This document shows positions 50,857-60,723 of a stretch of DNA of 64,000 nucleotides, one piece after another (the stretch's first letter is position 1; every line of letters begins with the position of its first letter). Location of the stretch: contig JAWAKK010000002.1 in assembly GCA_038887515.1 (NCBI GenBank), forward strand, positions 96,001 to 160,000. The letters run 5' to 3'. The translations under genes and the position numbers were made by a program. The notes beneath the pieces were generated by a model that saw only the letters and a list, made by a program, of their open reading frames with translations, had not been told where the DNA came from and did not search any database. Origin of the DNA: Candidatus Nezhaarchaeales archaeon. GTDB lineage: Archaea > Thermoproteota > Methanomethylicia > Nezhaarchaeales > WYZ-LMO8.

Positions 50857-51582
50857 ATGACGTGTATGTCGATCAACATTGTCCTCAAAAACGATCTCCC
50901 TAAAGATGCAATATTCGTCACTGGGTTCCAGGGAATGGGATTAACGGGTTACATAGCAGTTAGACACATGGTATCTACGCTAAACGCTAAACCACTGGGA
51001 TTTGTAATGTCGAAAAGAATGCCTCCTTACGTATGGATGGAAGATGGTAGGTTAGCTACTCCGATACAGCTCTTTAGGTACCAAAACCACGTATTTATGC
51101 TCGTAGAATTCATACCGCCAATGCCAGACCTTTACAAGTTTATAGACGAAGTCTGCCGGTGGGTATCAAGGAGTTTCACAGAGGCATTTCTAGTAGGAGG
51201 GCTTGACTTAAGAGTTAAGAAAGAGGGAGAGGGAGAAAAGGCTAAATTTGCTGCCACAACAAGAGCCGTAGACAGAATAGTAAATCGAGGGTATAAGATG
51301 TTAGATAAGGGTCTATACGTAACGGGACCCCTTGCATTGATGCTCATGAAGTTTGAACAGTTAGATTTTCCGGCACTAGCAGTACTAGCTTACGCAAATG
51401 CTTCGAGACCAGACCCTATGGCTGCTGCAATCGCAATAGAGTACTTTAGCGAAATCTATGGAATTAAAATAAGTGTGGAACAACTCATTAAGGATGCTCA
51501 AAGAATAGAAGCAGAAATCGAAGAGAGCCTAAAGATGAGACAAGAGAGAATGAAAGCTGATGTAAGTACGCTCTACATTTAA
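50857..51582 (+). CDS. PAC2 family proteasome assembly chaperone
   Basis: TGFQGMGLTGYIA, PDPMAA. Confidence 0.88.
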   Translation: MTCMSINIVLKNDLPKDAIFVTGFQGMGLTGYIAVRHMVSTLNAKPLGFVMSKRMPPYVWMEDGRLATPIQLFRYQNHVFMLVEFIPPMPDLYKFIDEVCRWVSRSFTEAFLVGGLDLRVKKEGEGEKAKFAATTRAVDRIVNRGYKMLDKGLYVTGPLALMLMKFEQLDFPALAVLAYANASRPDPMAAAIAIEYFSEIYGIKISVEQLIKDAQRIEAEIEESLKMRQERMKADVSTLYI

Positions 51583-53192
51583 ATGCTCGACCGATATTGA
51601 TTAAGAAGTTCTTTCATCATGAGCTGTAGCCCTTCTAGATCTTTTATAGAATAAGGTTCTCTCGTAGAGAACACCTTAACGTTCGTACAAGATCTTCTAC
51701 AAGCATTCTCTATATTATTACCCCATCGTTCTATATCGTTATAAAGTAGTATGCTTTTAGGGTTTAAGGCTCTTAGGAGCTTAACTAGCTTTGAGCTTAC
51801 AAAAAGTTTGGAAAACGTATCAAGCCTAACAGATGTTTCATATTGTGATAGGGGGAAAACACCTTCAAGTTCTATGGGGATTAAGCAAAAAGGATAATCA
51901 TAGAAGAGAAACTTCACTTTCACGAAATCCTTAACCTCGCCATCATAGCTCTCCAATAGTTTCTTGATGAAAGTGTTTGATGAGACCCCACCCTTCTTGG
52001 GTAAAAGGAATAAAATCTCGTTTCGTAGGCTCGCTAAGCAGTTCCTAAGTTTCTTAAAGTGTCTCCAGACTTTCGGTCTAAAAGCGTCACGATGGTCACA
52101 AAAGAAGAGACCGGATATCGAGGGCTTAGTTATGGGATCTAAACGCTCGAGAAAAATCCTGTAATTTTTAAACTTTAGAAAAGCCGAAAATAGACGAGGA
52201 TGTACTCTGGATCTAGAAGAAACCAGTTCCCACAGCGTCCCTTCTCTTATCGATTGTTTGATGTTCTTAATTTCACTTGCAAGGATGTATAGATTGTGAA
52301 GAGCTATTGTCTTCACTTTCTCGCTATCAGGCATTTCCTTAACGTCCTGTGGCGTATACTTCGAGCATACAGGACAAGAACAGGGAAAGTACTCAAGGTC
52401 TTGTAATTTATAAGTACCAGTGCAAGTCATATACCTCAATTCTTTTGCATATAAAATGTAAGAAGCAGAGTCAAATAAGTCACATCCCAACGCGACAGCT
52501 AATGGAAGCATCATTGGATGTCCTGCCCCAAACAAGTGTACGGGTTTCCCTAAAGGCAGCGTCTTCTTGGCCGCATATATGATGTCAGCTAATACATCAT
52601 AGTTATAAGACTCCATAATGACCGTTGGGCTTCCTATGGCATAAATGTCAAAGTTGAGTGCTGAAAGCTGTTTAGCACAGTATTTTACTAGATCGGTGTA
52701 CGGCGCTCCTTGGACTGGGCCGACCCATAGTATTGATCCATCGACTTTCATAGAATCCAAGGCCTTAGCCCTTTTTATGGTTTCGTTTACTCTACGTAGT
52801 GCCTCATCGAAGGACGTCATTCCTGTTGGGAAATCGAGTATAACCGCTATGTCACTACCACATTTCTCTTGTAGCGCTACTACTTCCTCCGGTGTTATTT
52901 CAACGTATCCATATACCAGTAGTTGGTAAGCCCCTGAATCCGTCATTATCGGGCCTTGAAAACCTAATAGCTCATGGACGTCTACCACACCAAGTTCCTG
53001 GAAAGCCCTTCGAACGTGTAATATGTTCGTTATGAAAGCATTGAAACCTAGTTTTTCTATGTCCTTTACCGTTATTGTCGTGTTAAAGGGGTTTATAACC
53101 GGAAAGAGGTATGGAGTCTCTATACTACCTCTCCTTGTCTTTAATTTCCCTATCCTCCCCGCTAAGTCTTTATCTAAGACTTCGAACGTCAT
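51579..53192 (-). CDS. tgtA: Archaeosine tRNA-guanine(15) transglycosylase (start ATG 53192)
   Basis: GRIGKL, MTDSGAYQ, HLFGAGHP, DLFDSA, CSCPVC. Confidence 0.94.
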   Translation of the reverse strand: MTFEVLDKDLAGRIGKLKTRRGSIETPYLFPVINPFNTTITVKDIEKLGFNAFITNILHVRRAFQELGVVDVHELLGFQGPIMTDSGAYQLLVYGYVEITPEEVVALQEKCGSDIAVILDFPTGMTSFDEALRRVNETIKRAKALDSMKVDGSILWVGPVQGAPYTDLVKYCAKQLSALNFDIYAIGSPTVIMESYNYDVLADIIYAAKKTLPLGKPVHLFGAGHPMMLPLAVALGCDLFDSASYILYAKELRYMTCTGTYKLQDLEYFPCSCPVCSKYTPQDVKEMPDSEKVKTIALHNLYILASEIKNIKQSIREGTLWELVSSRSRVHPRLFSAFLKFKNYRIFLERLDPITKPSISGLFFCDHRDAFRPKVWRHFKKLRNCLASLRNEILFLLPKKGGVSSNTFIKKLLESYDGEVKDFVKVKFLFYDYPFCLIPIELEGVFPLSQYETSVRLDTFSKLFVSSKLVKLLRALNPKSILLYNDIERWGNNIENACRRSCTNVKVFSTREPYSIKDLEGLQLMMKELLNQYRSSI

Positions 53193-53193
53193 T

Positions 53194-53652
53194 TTACGTT
53201 TTACTTTGAGGTTGTCTTGAAGATACAAACTCTTCGTATATCTTTTTGACTCTTTCAGCTATAGGACCAGAACCTTCAATAACTCCTGACTCCGAAACAC
53301 GTATCCTATCCATCACAGTTATGACACCAGCATCTTCGTGTAAAACAACCATATTTGGGAACGATTTTTCAAGAAGTTCGGCTAGTCCTTTCAGGTCGAA
53401 AGGTTCTTCAAGTCTCAATATTTGAGCTACATAATGACCATTTATGAGGACTCTAGCATATGCTCCTCCCTTTTCATCTCTAGCATTTGCAAGTATGAGG
53501 TTAAGGGTACTCTGATCATAAGCTATTAGCTTACCTTCGTAGCATGTCCCGCCTGCCATTACTACCTTCACTTTTTTGTCGAGAAGAGAAGATAGTTCTG
53601 TTGAAAATCTCCGAGATGCTAGAGGTTGAAAGCTACTCACTCCACATGGCAC
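53194..53652 (-). CDS. Sm-like protein with C-terminal domain (SmAP3)
   Basis: Sm fold (YEGKL..D..LNLIL, ING) plus extra domain. Confidence 0.87.
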   Translation of the reverse strand: MPCGVSSFQPLASRRFSTELSSLLDKKVKVVMAGGTCYEGKLIAYDQSTLNLILANARDEKGGAYARVLINGHYVAQILRLEEPFDLKGLAELLEKSFPNMVVLHEDAGVITVMDRIRVSESGVIEGSGPIAERVKKIYEEFVSSRQPQSKT

Positions 53653-53743
53653 CTCACTTTGCTATTTACTGGTTCTAGAGTCAGTAAGTGCGTGCAAATT
53701 AATTTATATTTTCAGATAACTTCTTTCCCGTGAGGTGTAGCAG

Positions 53744-54133
53744 ATGACTAGCAACATACTATTAGATGTTCAGGGCGAGGTGAGCAAAATCGAAAAAAGT
53801 GATTTTAAAGGTATAAGTGTAATCGAAGTTCTGACGCCAGAAGGTATAGAGGTCAAAATGGAGGTCCCCCAGCAACTCCTTCAAATCAAGGAAAACACGA
53901 AAGTGCGATTATTGGTAAGCATGGAACCTTCCATCGAACAGGCTATCGGACAAGAAGTTGACGGCCTATTCCTTTGTACCATATACGGCATCGAGAGGTA
54001 CAAGAAAGGAAAGGAGGAAAGAGCACGCATATATGGATCCATTGGAGGGTTACAGGTAAGAATAGACGGGAAGGGCATACACAAGAAGGTTAAGATGGGG
54101 GATAAAGTTTACGTAGGACTTAAGGTTCTATAA
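53744..54133 (+). CDS. rpoG: RNA polymerase subunit Rpo8 (RpoG)
   Basis: OB-fold pattern, SIGGL, GDKVYVG; next to SmAP3 and tgtA as in Thermoproteota. Confidence 0.75.
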   Translation: MTSNILLDVQGEVSKIEKSDFKGISVIEVLTPEGIEVKMEVPQQLLQIKENTKVRLLVSMEPSIEQAIGQEVDGLFLCTIYGIERYKKGKEERARIYGSIGGLQVRIDGKGIHKKVKMGDKVYVGLKVL

Positions 54134-54287
54134 GAAATACTTTCGCTCATCCCTCTCTATCCACGGTTTTAGAAGTTAATTAATAGAGAGGTTTCGATGA
54201 TTTGTAGTTTCATAATGAAGTTTGTTTAAAGACTACAACACAAACTTTAATTTTTGCTCAGCACGTGATGAGCCTTGGTGACGTTTA

Positions 54288-55251
54288 TTGTCTCAAATTT
54301 TATGCAACGAATGTGGTGGAGGTTTAGTAATTTCAGAGAAAGGAGAGTATATTTGCGAGAGATGCGGACTCGTTTATGAAGATGTCAAGATAACTTCGCT
54401 TACCAATCCGAAAATTGAACTTAAAGAGGCAAATAATCACTTTGAAATACTTAACCGAACTCCTTTCAAAGTTCCGATATCTTGGAATAAAGTTGGCGAC
54501 AAGAATCTTGTAAATGGAGTAAGAGCATTAAGGCAGATTAACAGGTTGGATTTCATTCAACGATATTACCTCGATAAAATTTCAATAAAAGCCGTTAGGA
54601 AGTCTTATGCTGTTCTGCTGTCATTATGTTCCTTAATACCATTACAGTTTTCGGGGACCATCAAAAGGAGAGCTTTGGAAATATACTACATTACTATAAC
54701 GAGGATGAGGCGCGTAAGGAAGAACCACGTAGCATTGATCACTGCTAGCTTCTACATTGCTTTAAGAGAGATGTGTAAAAATTGTGACTTAACGTTAAGG
54801 CAGTTAATGGTACACTTGAAAGGTATGGGCATCAACACGTCGCTTAGCGACGTATTCAAAGCGTTCTTCATGCTAAGGAAGGCGACAGGAGTTGTTCTGA
54901 GGCCTAGAAGGGCTGAGGACTTACTATCAATGGTCATAAGGAAGCTAGTCAATGATGAAAAGCTCAGAAAAAAGCTTGAAAAAACCGGATAGATGTTTCC
55001 TTATATTCGAAGGAGCTCTACGTTAAAGCGGCGTCGTTACTTAAAAAAACATGTCACCATAGAAGCCCTCTATCTCTAGTTGCCACTGCGCTTTATACGG
55101 CCGATAGAATGCTAGCCTTAAAATATCAATGGAAAGAGGTGTTAACACAAAAGGTTTTAAGCTCAATACTGAAGGTTAGTCCCTTCACTATAAGAGAACG
55201 TACTACAAAGCCTTTAGACGATACATTTTCAGTGATGAAAATGAAAAGTAA
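54288..55251 (+). pseudogene. Divergent TFB (TFIIB) paralog, frameshifted
   Basis: CNEC...CERCG Zn ribbon and cyclin repeat 1 in 54288-54992; cyclin repeat 2 (RSPLSLVATALY...LTQK...VSPFTIRER) in the -1 frame. Confidence 0.75.
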
Positions 55252-55543
55252 GACCATAAAAATAACCCTCGAAAACCTATTCGAAGTACTATTAAGTCAC
55301 GGTATCCAGGTCCAGACAGTTGAAGAGATAATGTTGCACTTAGGAGTCCCACGAAGTTACGTTGAAAGAGCCTTGGCAAATATAATCACGATCTTCCCTT
55401 TAAAAGAGGCGAGTAGTAACGCAGAGCATTTACATAGCCGTATTGAATTAGCAACACAATTAAAGGAAGTTAAGGAATTAATAGAGAAAGTTTATAGTAA
55501 GTTATCCTTGCTCTCGCAAGGAAGTGGGCCGGCCCGGACTTGA
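55241..55543 (+). CDS. Hypothetical protein (possible separate gene; 3' end overlaps tRNA-Val)
   Basis: ATG at 55241 overlaps the inferred TFB stop; 100 aa. Confidence 0.35.
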   Translation: MKSKTIKITLENLFEVLLSHGIQVQTVEEIMLHLGVPRSYVERALANIITIFPLKEASSNAEHLHSRIELATQLKEVKELIEKVYSKLSLLSQGSGPART

Positions 55544-55598
55544 ACCGGGGACCTCCCGCGTGTGAGGCGGGCGTTCTGGCCGTCTGAACTACCGGCCC
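55525..55598 (-). tRNA. tRNA-Val(CAC), no intron
   Basis: GGGCCGG/CCGGCCC acceptor stem, CCCGC-CTCACAC-GCGGG anticodon arm, GGTTCAAGTCC. Confidence 0.96.
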
Positions 55599-55631
55599 CT
55601 CAAGAAGAAAGGTCGAATTCGAAAATAGTAG

Positions 55632-55793
55632 TTACTTCTGGACTGAGCGTTTCTTCCACCTTAAGTTGTAGGAGCGACACTTTCTACATCTCTCAGCAGT
55701 AGCAGCATTTCGTGCACCGCATTTTCTGCATACCTTTACTAACAATAGCTTCTTCTGAGCTAGCTGTAATTTAAGAGGGTCTGCTATTGGCAC
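55632..55793 (-). CDS. rpl40e: Ribosomal protein eL40 (not in ORF track)
   Basis: MPIADP...VCRKCGARN...CRKCRSYNLRWKK, 53 aa, GGAGG SD. Confidence 0.95.
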   Translation of the reverse strand: MPIADPLKLQLAQKKLLLVKVCRKCGARNAATAERCRKCRSYNLRWKKRSVQK

Positions 55794-55928
55794 CTTTACA
55801 ACCTCCTACGCTCATTTTAAATGTCTGGCAAATAAATTTATTCTTGATCTTACCCTATAGGCAACAGAAGGTGAGGCCTCGGAAGCGTTTAATCCTAGCT
55901 ATGTTGAAAAGATTTTGAGGAGAAGGCG

Positions 55929-56201
55929 ATGAAAGAGAACGTCGTAATCGTTGGGCAGAAGTCTACGATGAGCTACGTCTTAGCGTGCCTCACTTTGTTC
56001 CACCAAGGTTTTAACGAGGTCGTAATAAAGGCTAGGGGAAAAGCTATATCAAAAGCTGTAGATGTCGTGAATATTGTAAAAGAAAAGTTTATTCCCACGG
56101 CTAAAGTTAAGAGTCTAGAACTTGGTAACGAAAGGCTCGTAACAGAGAGAGGGGATGTCGTTAATTTAAGCACCATAACGATAATGTTATCAAAGGAGTG
56201 A
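55929..56201 (+). CDS. alba: Chromatin protein Alba
   Basis: YVLA, KARGKAISKAVD. Confidence 0.95.
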   Translation: MKENVVIVGQKSTMSYVLACLTLFHQGFNEVVIKARGKAISKAVDVVNIVKEKFIPTAKVKSLELGNERLVTERGDVVNLSTITIMLSKE

Positions 56202-56213
56202 GGGGGTTATGAA

Positions 56214-56714
56214 TTGCAATTTCCAGTATGCAATTTTTGCTTGAAGAGCGGACTCCTGTGTAAGACTTGCGATGAGAAGATGAAGAAGGGTGAGATAACT
56301 GAGCTTGATATAGAAATTGCTAAGTGGTTCTTGAATAATGAAGGGAAGTACCCCCAACTTAAGGACTGTACGTTTCACAAAGCTGTTCAGAGGGATAATC
56401 TTCTGGTAGTCCTCATTGGATGTAAGAATAGAGGTCTAACAACCTTATGGAGGAAAATCGGAAAATTGCTTAGCGAAGAGAGGGGGGTCAACGTAAGGAT
56501 CGTAGAAAAGACTTCTTCTCTAAGAGAGTTTTTAAGTCAATTACTTTTTCCGGCTAAGATTATCTCTTTAAATACGATATGGCTGCCCGACGGCTCTTGC
56601 GAGAATACCGTTAAAGTGGCATATGAGGACTTAAAGAAATTACCAGCCGATGTAAAGGTGCTAGAAGAAACAATACGTGAACTAATTGGAGAAATAGTTT
56701 ATATTGCTACATAG
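56214..56714 (+). CDS. NusA-like KH protein with N-terminal Zn finger
   Basis: PVCNFCLKSGLLCKTC, WLPDGS. Confidence 0.75.
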   Translation: MQFPVCNFCLKSGLLCKTCDEKMKKGEITELDIEIAKWFLNNEGKYPQLKDCTFHKAVQRDNLLVVLIGCKNRGLTTLWRKIGKLLSEERGVNVRIVEKTSSLREFLSQLLFPAKIISLNTIWLPDGSCENTVKVAYEDLKKLPADVKVLEETIRELIGEIVYIAT

Positions 56715-56735
56715 TTAGAACCTCTCTGACCTACG

Positions 56736-58058
56736 ATGCCAAACGTAGATTCCATGGGTTCATGGAGGAAAACGCACAGGAACAACGAGCTCATCCTCTT
56801 GCCCGATGGGACCGAAGTAATATTGATGGGCTGGCTCCACGAGATAAGAGATCTTGGAAGTATAAAGTTCCTAATTTTACGAGACCCAACCGGTCTAGCT
56901 CAAGTAACCGTCAAGAAGGGCTCCGTAAATCAAAGTGTGCTCGAAAAAATAGAGAGAGTCACGCGCGAAAGCGTAATAGCCGTTAAAGGTGTGGTTAAGA
57001 AGAGTAAAATAAGTAAGCTTGGATTCGAGGTCTTGCCTCATGAAATCAAGGTTCTCAATGTATCAAAGGCTCCTTTACCTCTCGAAGTTTCAGGCAAAGT
57101 TCCAGCAGACTTTGAAACTCGCATGAAGTCTAGGTTCATGGACTTAAGAAGGCCAAGCGAGGTATTTGTCTTTAAATTACACCACGAAGTTTTGAAAGTA
57201 ATAAGAAACTATTTAGAGGAAAGAGGATTTATTGAAGTAATAACGCCAAAAATCTTAGTTTCTGCAACAGAGGGCGGTGCACAACTTTTCAAGGTACAGT
57301 ACTTTGAGAAAGTTGCATATCTTGCTCAAAGTCCACAGTTATACAAGGAGGTTTTGACGAGCTGTTTTGAGAAAGTGTACGAAATAGGCGTCTACTTTAG
57401 AGCCGAAGAATCTAACACTCCTTACCACCTCAACGAGTTCACGTCAGTGGATATCGAAGCTGCGTTCATGGATTATAGAGATGTAATGAGAATTTTAGAA
57501 GACTGCATTGTCCATGTGTACGATTACATTAAAGAAAAGTATTACGAAGAACTTAAGAAAATACATGGAGACTTTGCTGAGCCTCGTAAACCCTTTCCAG
57601 TGGTAACATATTTTGAGGCCATAGAGTTGCTGAATAGTAAAGGTTTGAATATAAGGTGGGGTGACGATTTAACTACTCCAGCTTTAAGGCTGCTAAGCGA
57701 AGAATATGGAGACTATTACTTTATAGTGGATTGGCCTATAGAAACTAAGCCTTTCTACATAAAGCCCCATCAAGGCAATGGTAAGATAAGTGAAAGCTTT
57801 GATCTCATATGGCGACATATAGAGCTTGCTAGCGGAGGAAGTAGGATATACCTTCGAGAAGAACTAGAAGACAGTATTCGGCGAAAGGGATTAAACCTTG
57901 AGAACTTCAAGGAGCACTTAACAGCATTCGATTATGGGATGCCGCCGCACGCAGGTTGGGGGCTAGGTTTTTCGAGGCTCTTAATGGTTTTAACGGGGAG
58001 ACAGAATATAAGAGAAGTAGTCTTATTTCCGCGCGATAGAACGAGGTTGACTCCATAA
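56736..58058 (+). CDS. aspS: Aspartyl-tRNA synthetase
   Basis: OB domain, AQSPQLYKE, FRAE, HLNEF, FPRD. Confidence 0.95.
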   Translation: MPNVDSMGSWRKTHRNNELILLPDGTEVILMGWLHEIRDLGSIKFLILRDPTGLAQVTVKKGSVNQSVLEKIERVTRESVIAVKGVVKKSKISKLGFEVLPHEIKVLNVSKAPLPLEVSGKVPADFETRMKSRFMDLRRPSEVFVFKLHHEVLKVIRNYLEERGFIEVITPKILVSATEGGAQLFKVQYFEKVAYLAQSPQLYKEVLTSCFEKVYEIGVYFRAEESNTPYHLNEFTSVDIEAAFMDYRDVMRILEDCIVHVYDYIKEKYYEELKKIHGDFAEPRKPFPVVTYFEAIELLNSKGLNIRWGDDLTTPALRLLSEEYGDYYFIVDWPIETKPFYIKPHQGNGKISESFDLIWRHIELASGGSRIYLREELEDSIRRKGLNLENFKEHLTAFDYGMPPHAGWGLGFSRLLMVLTGRQNIREVVLFPRDRTRLTP

Positions 58059-58065
58059 AAGGTCA

Positions 58066-59940
58066 TTGCGAATGAAAGCCAGCGCTTTATATTGGTGTTT
58101 GAAGTGTAACGTCCCCTTGCTTACGAAAAATTGTGATGTATGTGGTGGGCATAGTATTAAAGAGGTAAAGGTCACGCCTCCCGGTAACATAAAGCCTATG
58201 TTTAATAATGAAAAGGTAAGAATAGAAAATAGCATAGTCAAAGAGTATGGGAAGACGGTAATACCGCTCATAGTTCCCGAGGACAGAATAGTACTACTTA
58301 ACAAGGTACCTCACATGGATGTAGCTTACGAAATAATAGTTGACGGGCACGTAGTGGGATTATGGGAATTTGATGTAGGTTTGCAGAACTTCCGCTTAAT
58401 GCCCTACATGGAAGGAGCGAGAAGAATGGCTATTAGTAGAGCGAGGAAGTGGATCCTTGTTGACCGGGGCGCTGAAAAGGCAATAGCAATGGATGGGAAA
58501 AACCTCTTAGCACCTGGTGTAGTGGAATATGATGAAAGTATCAGCGAAAATGACATAGCCTATGTAGTAAATGAGGACTGGAAAGCTATAGCAGTAGGCA
58601 AGGTTTCCTACGGCTTTAAACAAAGGCTGAAAGAAAGAAGAGGCATGGTGGTTAAGATAAAGCACTTTGGCGAACCTAAAGATGCAGAGATCCTAGAGAA
58701 AAAGGCTACATGGAGCGATGCCATAGCCGCTAACAATAGTTTCTTAGGGGCAAAGGAAAAAGAGGCTATATCTCTAATACAAGATATCTGCGCCAGAAGT
58801 AGTAAACCAATATTAGTATCCTTTTCGGGAGGCAAGGATAGTTTAGCTACGCTTCTATTAGTTAAAAAAGCTTTAGAAGAATCAAGGAAGGACTTTTTCG
58901 TATTATTCTTAGATACTGGAATAGAGTACCTTGAAACTATAACCTATGTAGAAAGGATTTTGAAACAATTGGGCCTTGAAGATAAGACCATAAAAGTTAA
59001 GGCGTTTGCCCGCTTCTTTGATGTGCTCGACGTTTTCGGCCCCCCGGCTAGAGACTTTAGATGGTGCTGTAAAGTGTGTAAACTGGCGCCAATTTCCTAC
59101 GCTGTAAGAAACTTGGGAGGAGAGTGCTTAGCGTTCATCGGTCTACGTGGAGTAGAATCTATAAAAAGAGAGAAGCAAGGTGCTATGTGGAGGGGTATAT
59201 GGGTTAAAGGTCAAACAGGGATATCTCCGATATACGACTGGAGCACGCTCAACATTTGGCTTTACTTGTTCAAAGAGGGTGTTGAGGTAAACCCCCTTTA
59301 CTATAAGGGACTTGAAAGGATAGGTTGCTGGGTTTGCCCAAGTATGGATTTAGCTGAAATGCGGATAGTCGAAGAGTTGCTAGGCGACTCTTGGAAGTAT
59401 TACTTGGAGAAAGTTTCTAAGTTACTACATTTGAGCGAAGAAGAAATGAACTTAGGCTTATGGAGATGGCGCTTTAAGAGACCTGGCTGGTTAAAAGACG
59501 AAGAAAATGTAATACTACGTAGAGACCCAATCCAGCATATACGAAGAAAAAGGAAGATTCTATTGAAAAGCGAGAGGGACTTTGATAAGTTGATTAATAT
59601 ACTGAAGACTCTATATGACGTGCACAAAGAAGGCAGAGATGTAATACTTACTATCGGAGGAAGAAGGGTTGCAATCTTGACGAAGGAAGACATGAAAGTC
59701 TTAGTTAAGGCAGACGAAAAGGAGTGGATAAAGATCTTTAGAAGTGCGTCACGTGCGTTAGAGTGCGTGAAGTGTATGTTATGTTTAGCTACATGCCTTC
59801 GTAACGCCATATCGATAAGCAATGACGGTATCGAAATATTAAGCGAAAGGTGTATTGCTTGTGGAGAGTGCAACTATACATGCCCCATATGGGCTTACAG
59901 CTTGAAGTCCTTGCATATTGCGAAAAGGTTATTAGATTAA
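58066..59940 (+). CDS. PAPS reductase family PP-loop protein with PUA and 4Fe-4S domains
   Basis: SFSGGKDS, RWCCKVCK, RIGCWVCP, PUA domain, ferredoxin C-terminus. Confidence 0.88.
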   Translation: MRMKASALYWCLKCNVPLLTKNCDVCGGHSIKEVKVTPPGNIKPMFNNEKVRIENSIVKEYGKTVIPLIVPEDRIVLLNKVPHMDVAYEIIVDGHVVGLWEFDVGLQNFRLMPYMEGARRMAISRARKWILVDRGAEKAIAMDGKNLLAPGVVEYDESISENDIAYVVNEDWKAIAVGKVSYGFKQRLKERRGMVVKIKHFGEPKDAEILEKKATWSDAIAANNSFLGAKEKEAISLIQDICARSSKPILVSFSGGKDSLATLLLVKKALEESRKDFFVLFLDTGIEYLETITYVERILKQLGLEDKTIKVKAFARFFDVLDVFGPPARDFRWCCKVCKLAPISYAVRNLGGECLAFIGLRGVESIKREKQGAMWRGIWVKGQTGISPIYDWSTLNIWLYLFKEGVEVNPLYYKGLERIGCWVCPSMDLAEMRIVEELLGDSWKYYLEKVSKLLHLSEEEMNLGLWRWRFKRPGWLKDEENVILRRDPIQHIRRKRKILLKSERDFDKLINILKTLYDVHKEGRDVILTIGGRRVAILTKEDMKVLVKADEKEWIKIFRSASRALECVKCMLCLATCLRNAISISNDGIEILSERCIACGECNYTCPIWAYSLKSLHIAKRLLD

Positions 59941-59989
59941 ATACATTATCTTAGGCTGAGCCATCCAATAGCATAAAGGAGGTACATAC

Positions 59990-60721
59990 ATGTTTACGCC
60001 GCCAGGCTTAGGATATGATAGAGCAATAACGGTGTTCTCGCCCGAAGGAAGGTTATACCAAGTTGAGTATGCATTAGAGGCCGTTAAAAGAGGGTGGACT
60101 ACTTTAGGAATAAGATGTAAAGACGGTATAGTTGTTGCTGTAGAAAAGAAGAGGATATCTCCTCTCGTTGATCCTGAAACCATGGAGAAGATATGGAAAG
60201 TAGACGATCATGTAGGGATCGCTTACGCTGGGTTGGCATCTGATGGGAGAGTTCTTATCGATAGGGCTAGGATTGAGGCGCAGATTCACAGGTTAATATA
60301 CGATGAGCCAATAGACGTAGAGGTTTTAACCCGTAGATTAAGCGATATTAAACAACTATATACTCAACATGCGGGTGTTAGACCTTTTGGTGTATCTTTC
60401 ATAATTGCAGGAGTTGATCAGACGGGGCCTAGACTTTATATGACCGAACCTAGCGGGGCATATGCAGGCTATTATGCTGTGGTCATAGGTGCTGGATCGC
60501 AAACCGCTACAGAGATATTAGAGAAGCATTACAACCAAGGCATTAGTGTCGAAGATGGGGTCATGCTAGCTTTAAAGTGTATGGAAGCTGTTGTTGAGGG
60601 TGGGTTGAACGTCGAGAAAATTGAAATAGCAATAGCTGAAGTAAAGAGTGGACGTTTTGACAAGCTTAAAACTCAAGAGGTCAAACATTTAATAGAGAAG
60701 TTTAAGGAACGGATGAAATAG
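59990..60721 (+). CDS. psmA: Proteasome alpha subunit
   Basis: YDRAITVFSPEGRLYQVEYA. Confidence 0.97.
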   Translation: MFTPPGLGYDRAITVFSPEGRLYQVEYALEAVKRGWTTLGIRCKDGIVVAVEKKRISPLVDPETMEKIWKVDDHVGIAYAGLASDGRVLIDRARIEAQIHRLIYDEPIDVEVLTRRLSDIKQLYTQHAGVRPFGVSFIIAGVDQTGPRLYMTEPSGAYAGYYAVVIGAGSQTATEILEKHYNQGISVEDGVMLALKCMEAVVEGGLNVEKIEIAIAEVKSGRFDKLKTQEVKHLIEKFKERMK

Positions 60722-60723
60722 GT

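Noticed and set aside
54152-54191. 9-bp inverted repeat after rpoG (CCTCTCTAT/ATAGAGAGG)
   Set aside because: Short stem with a long loop; could be chance or an ordinary 3' structure
54288-55598. Integrated element at the tRNA-Val 3' end
   Set aside because: No integrase and no duplicated tRNA 3' fragment noticed in the window
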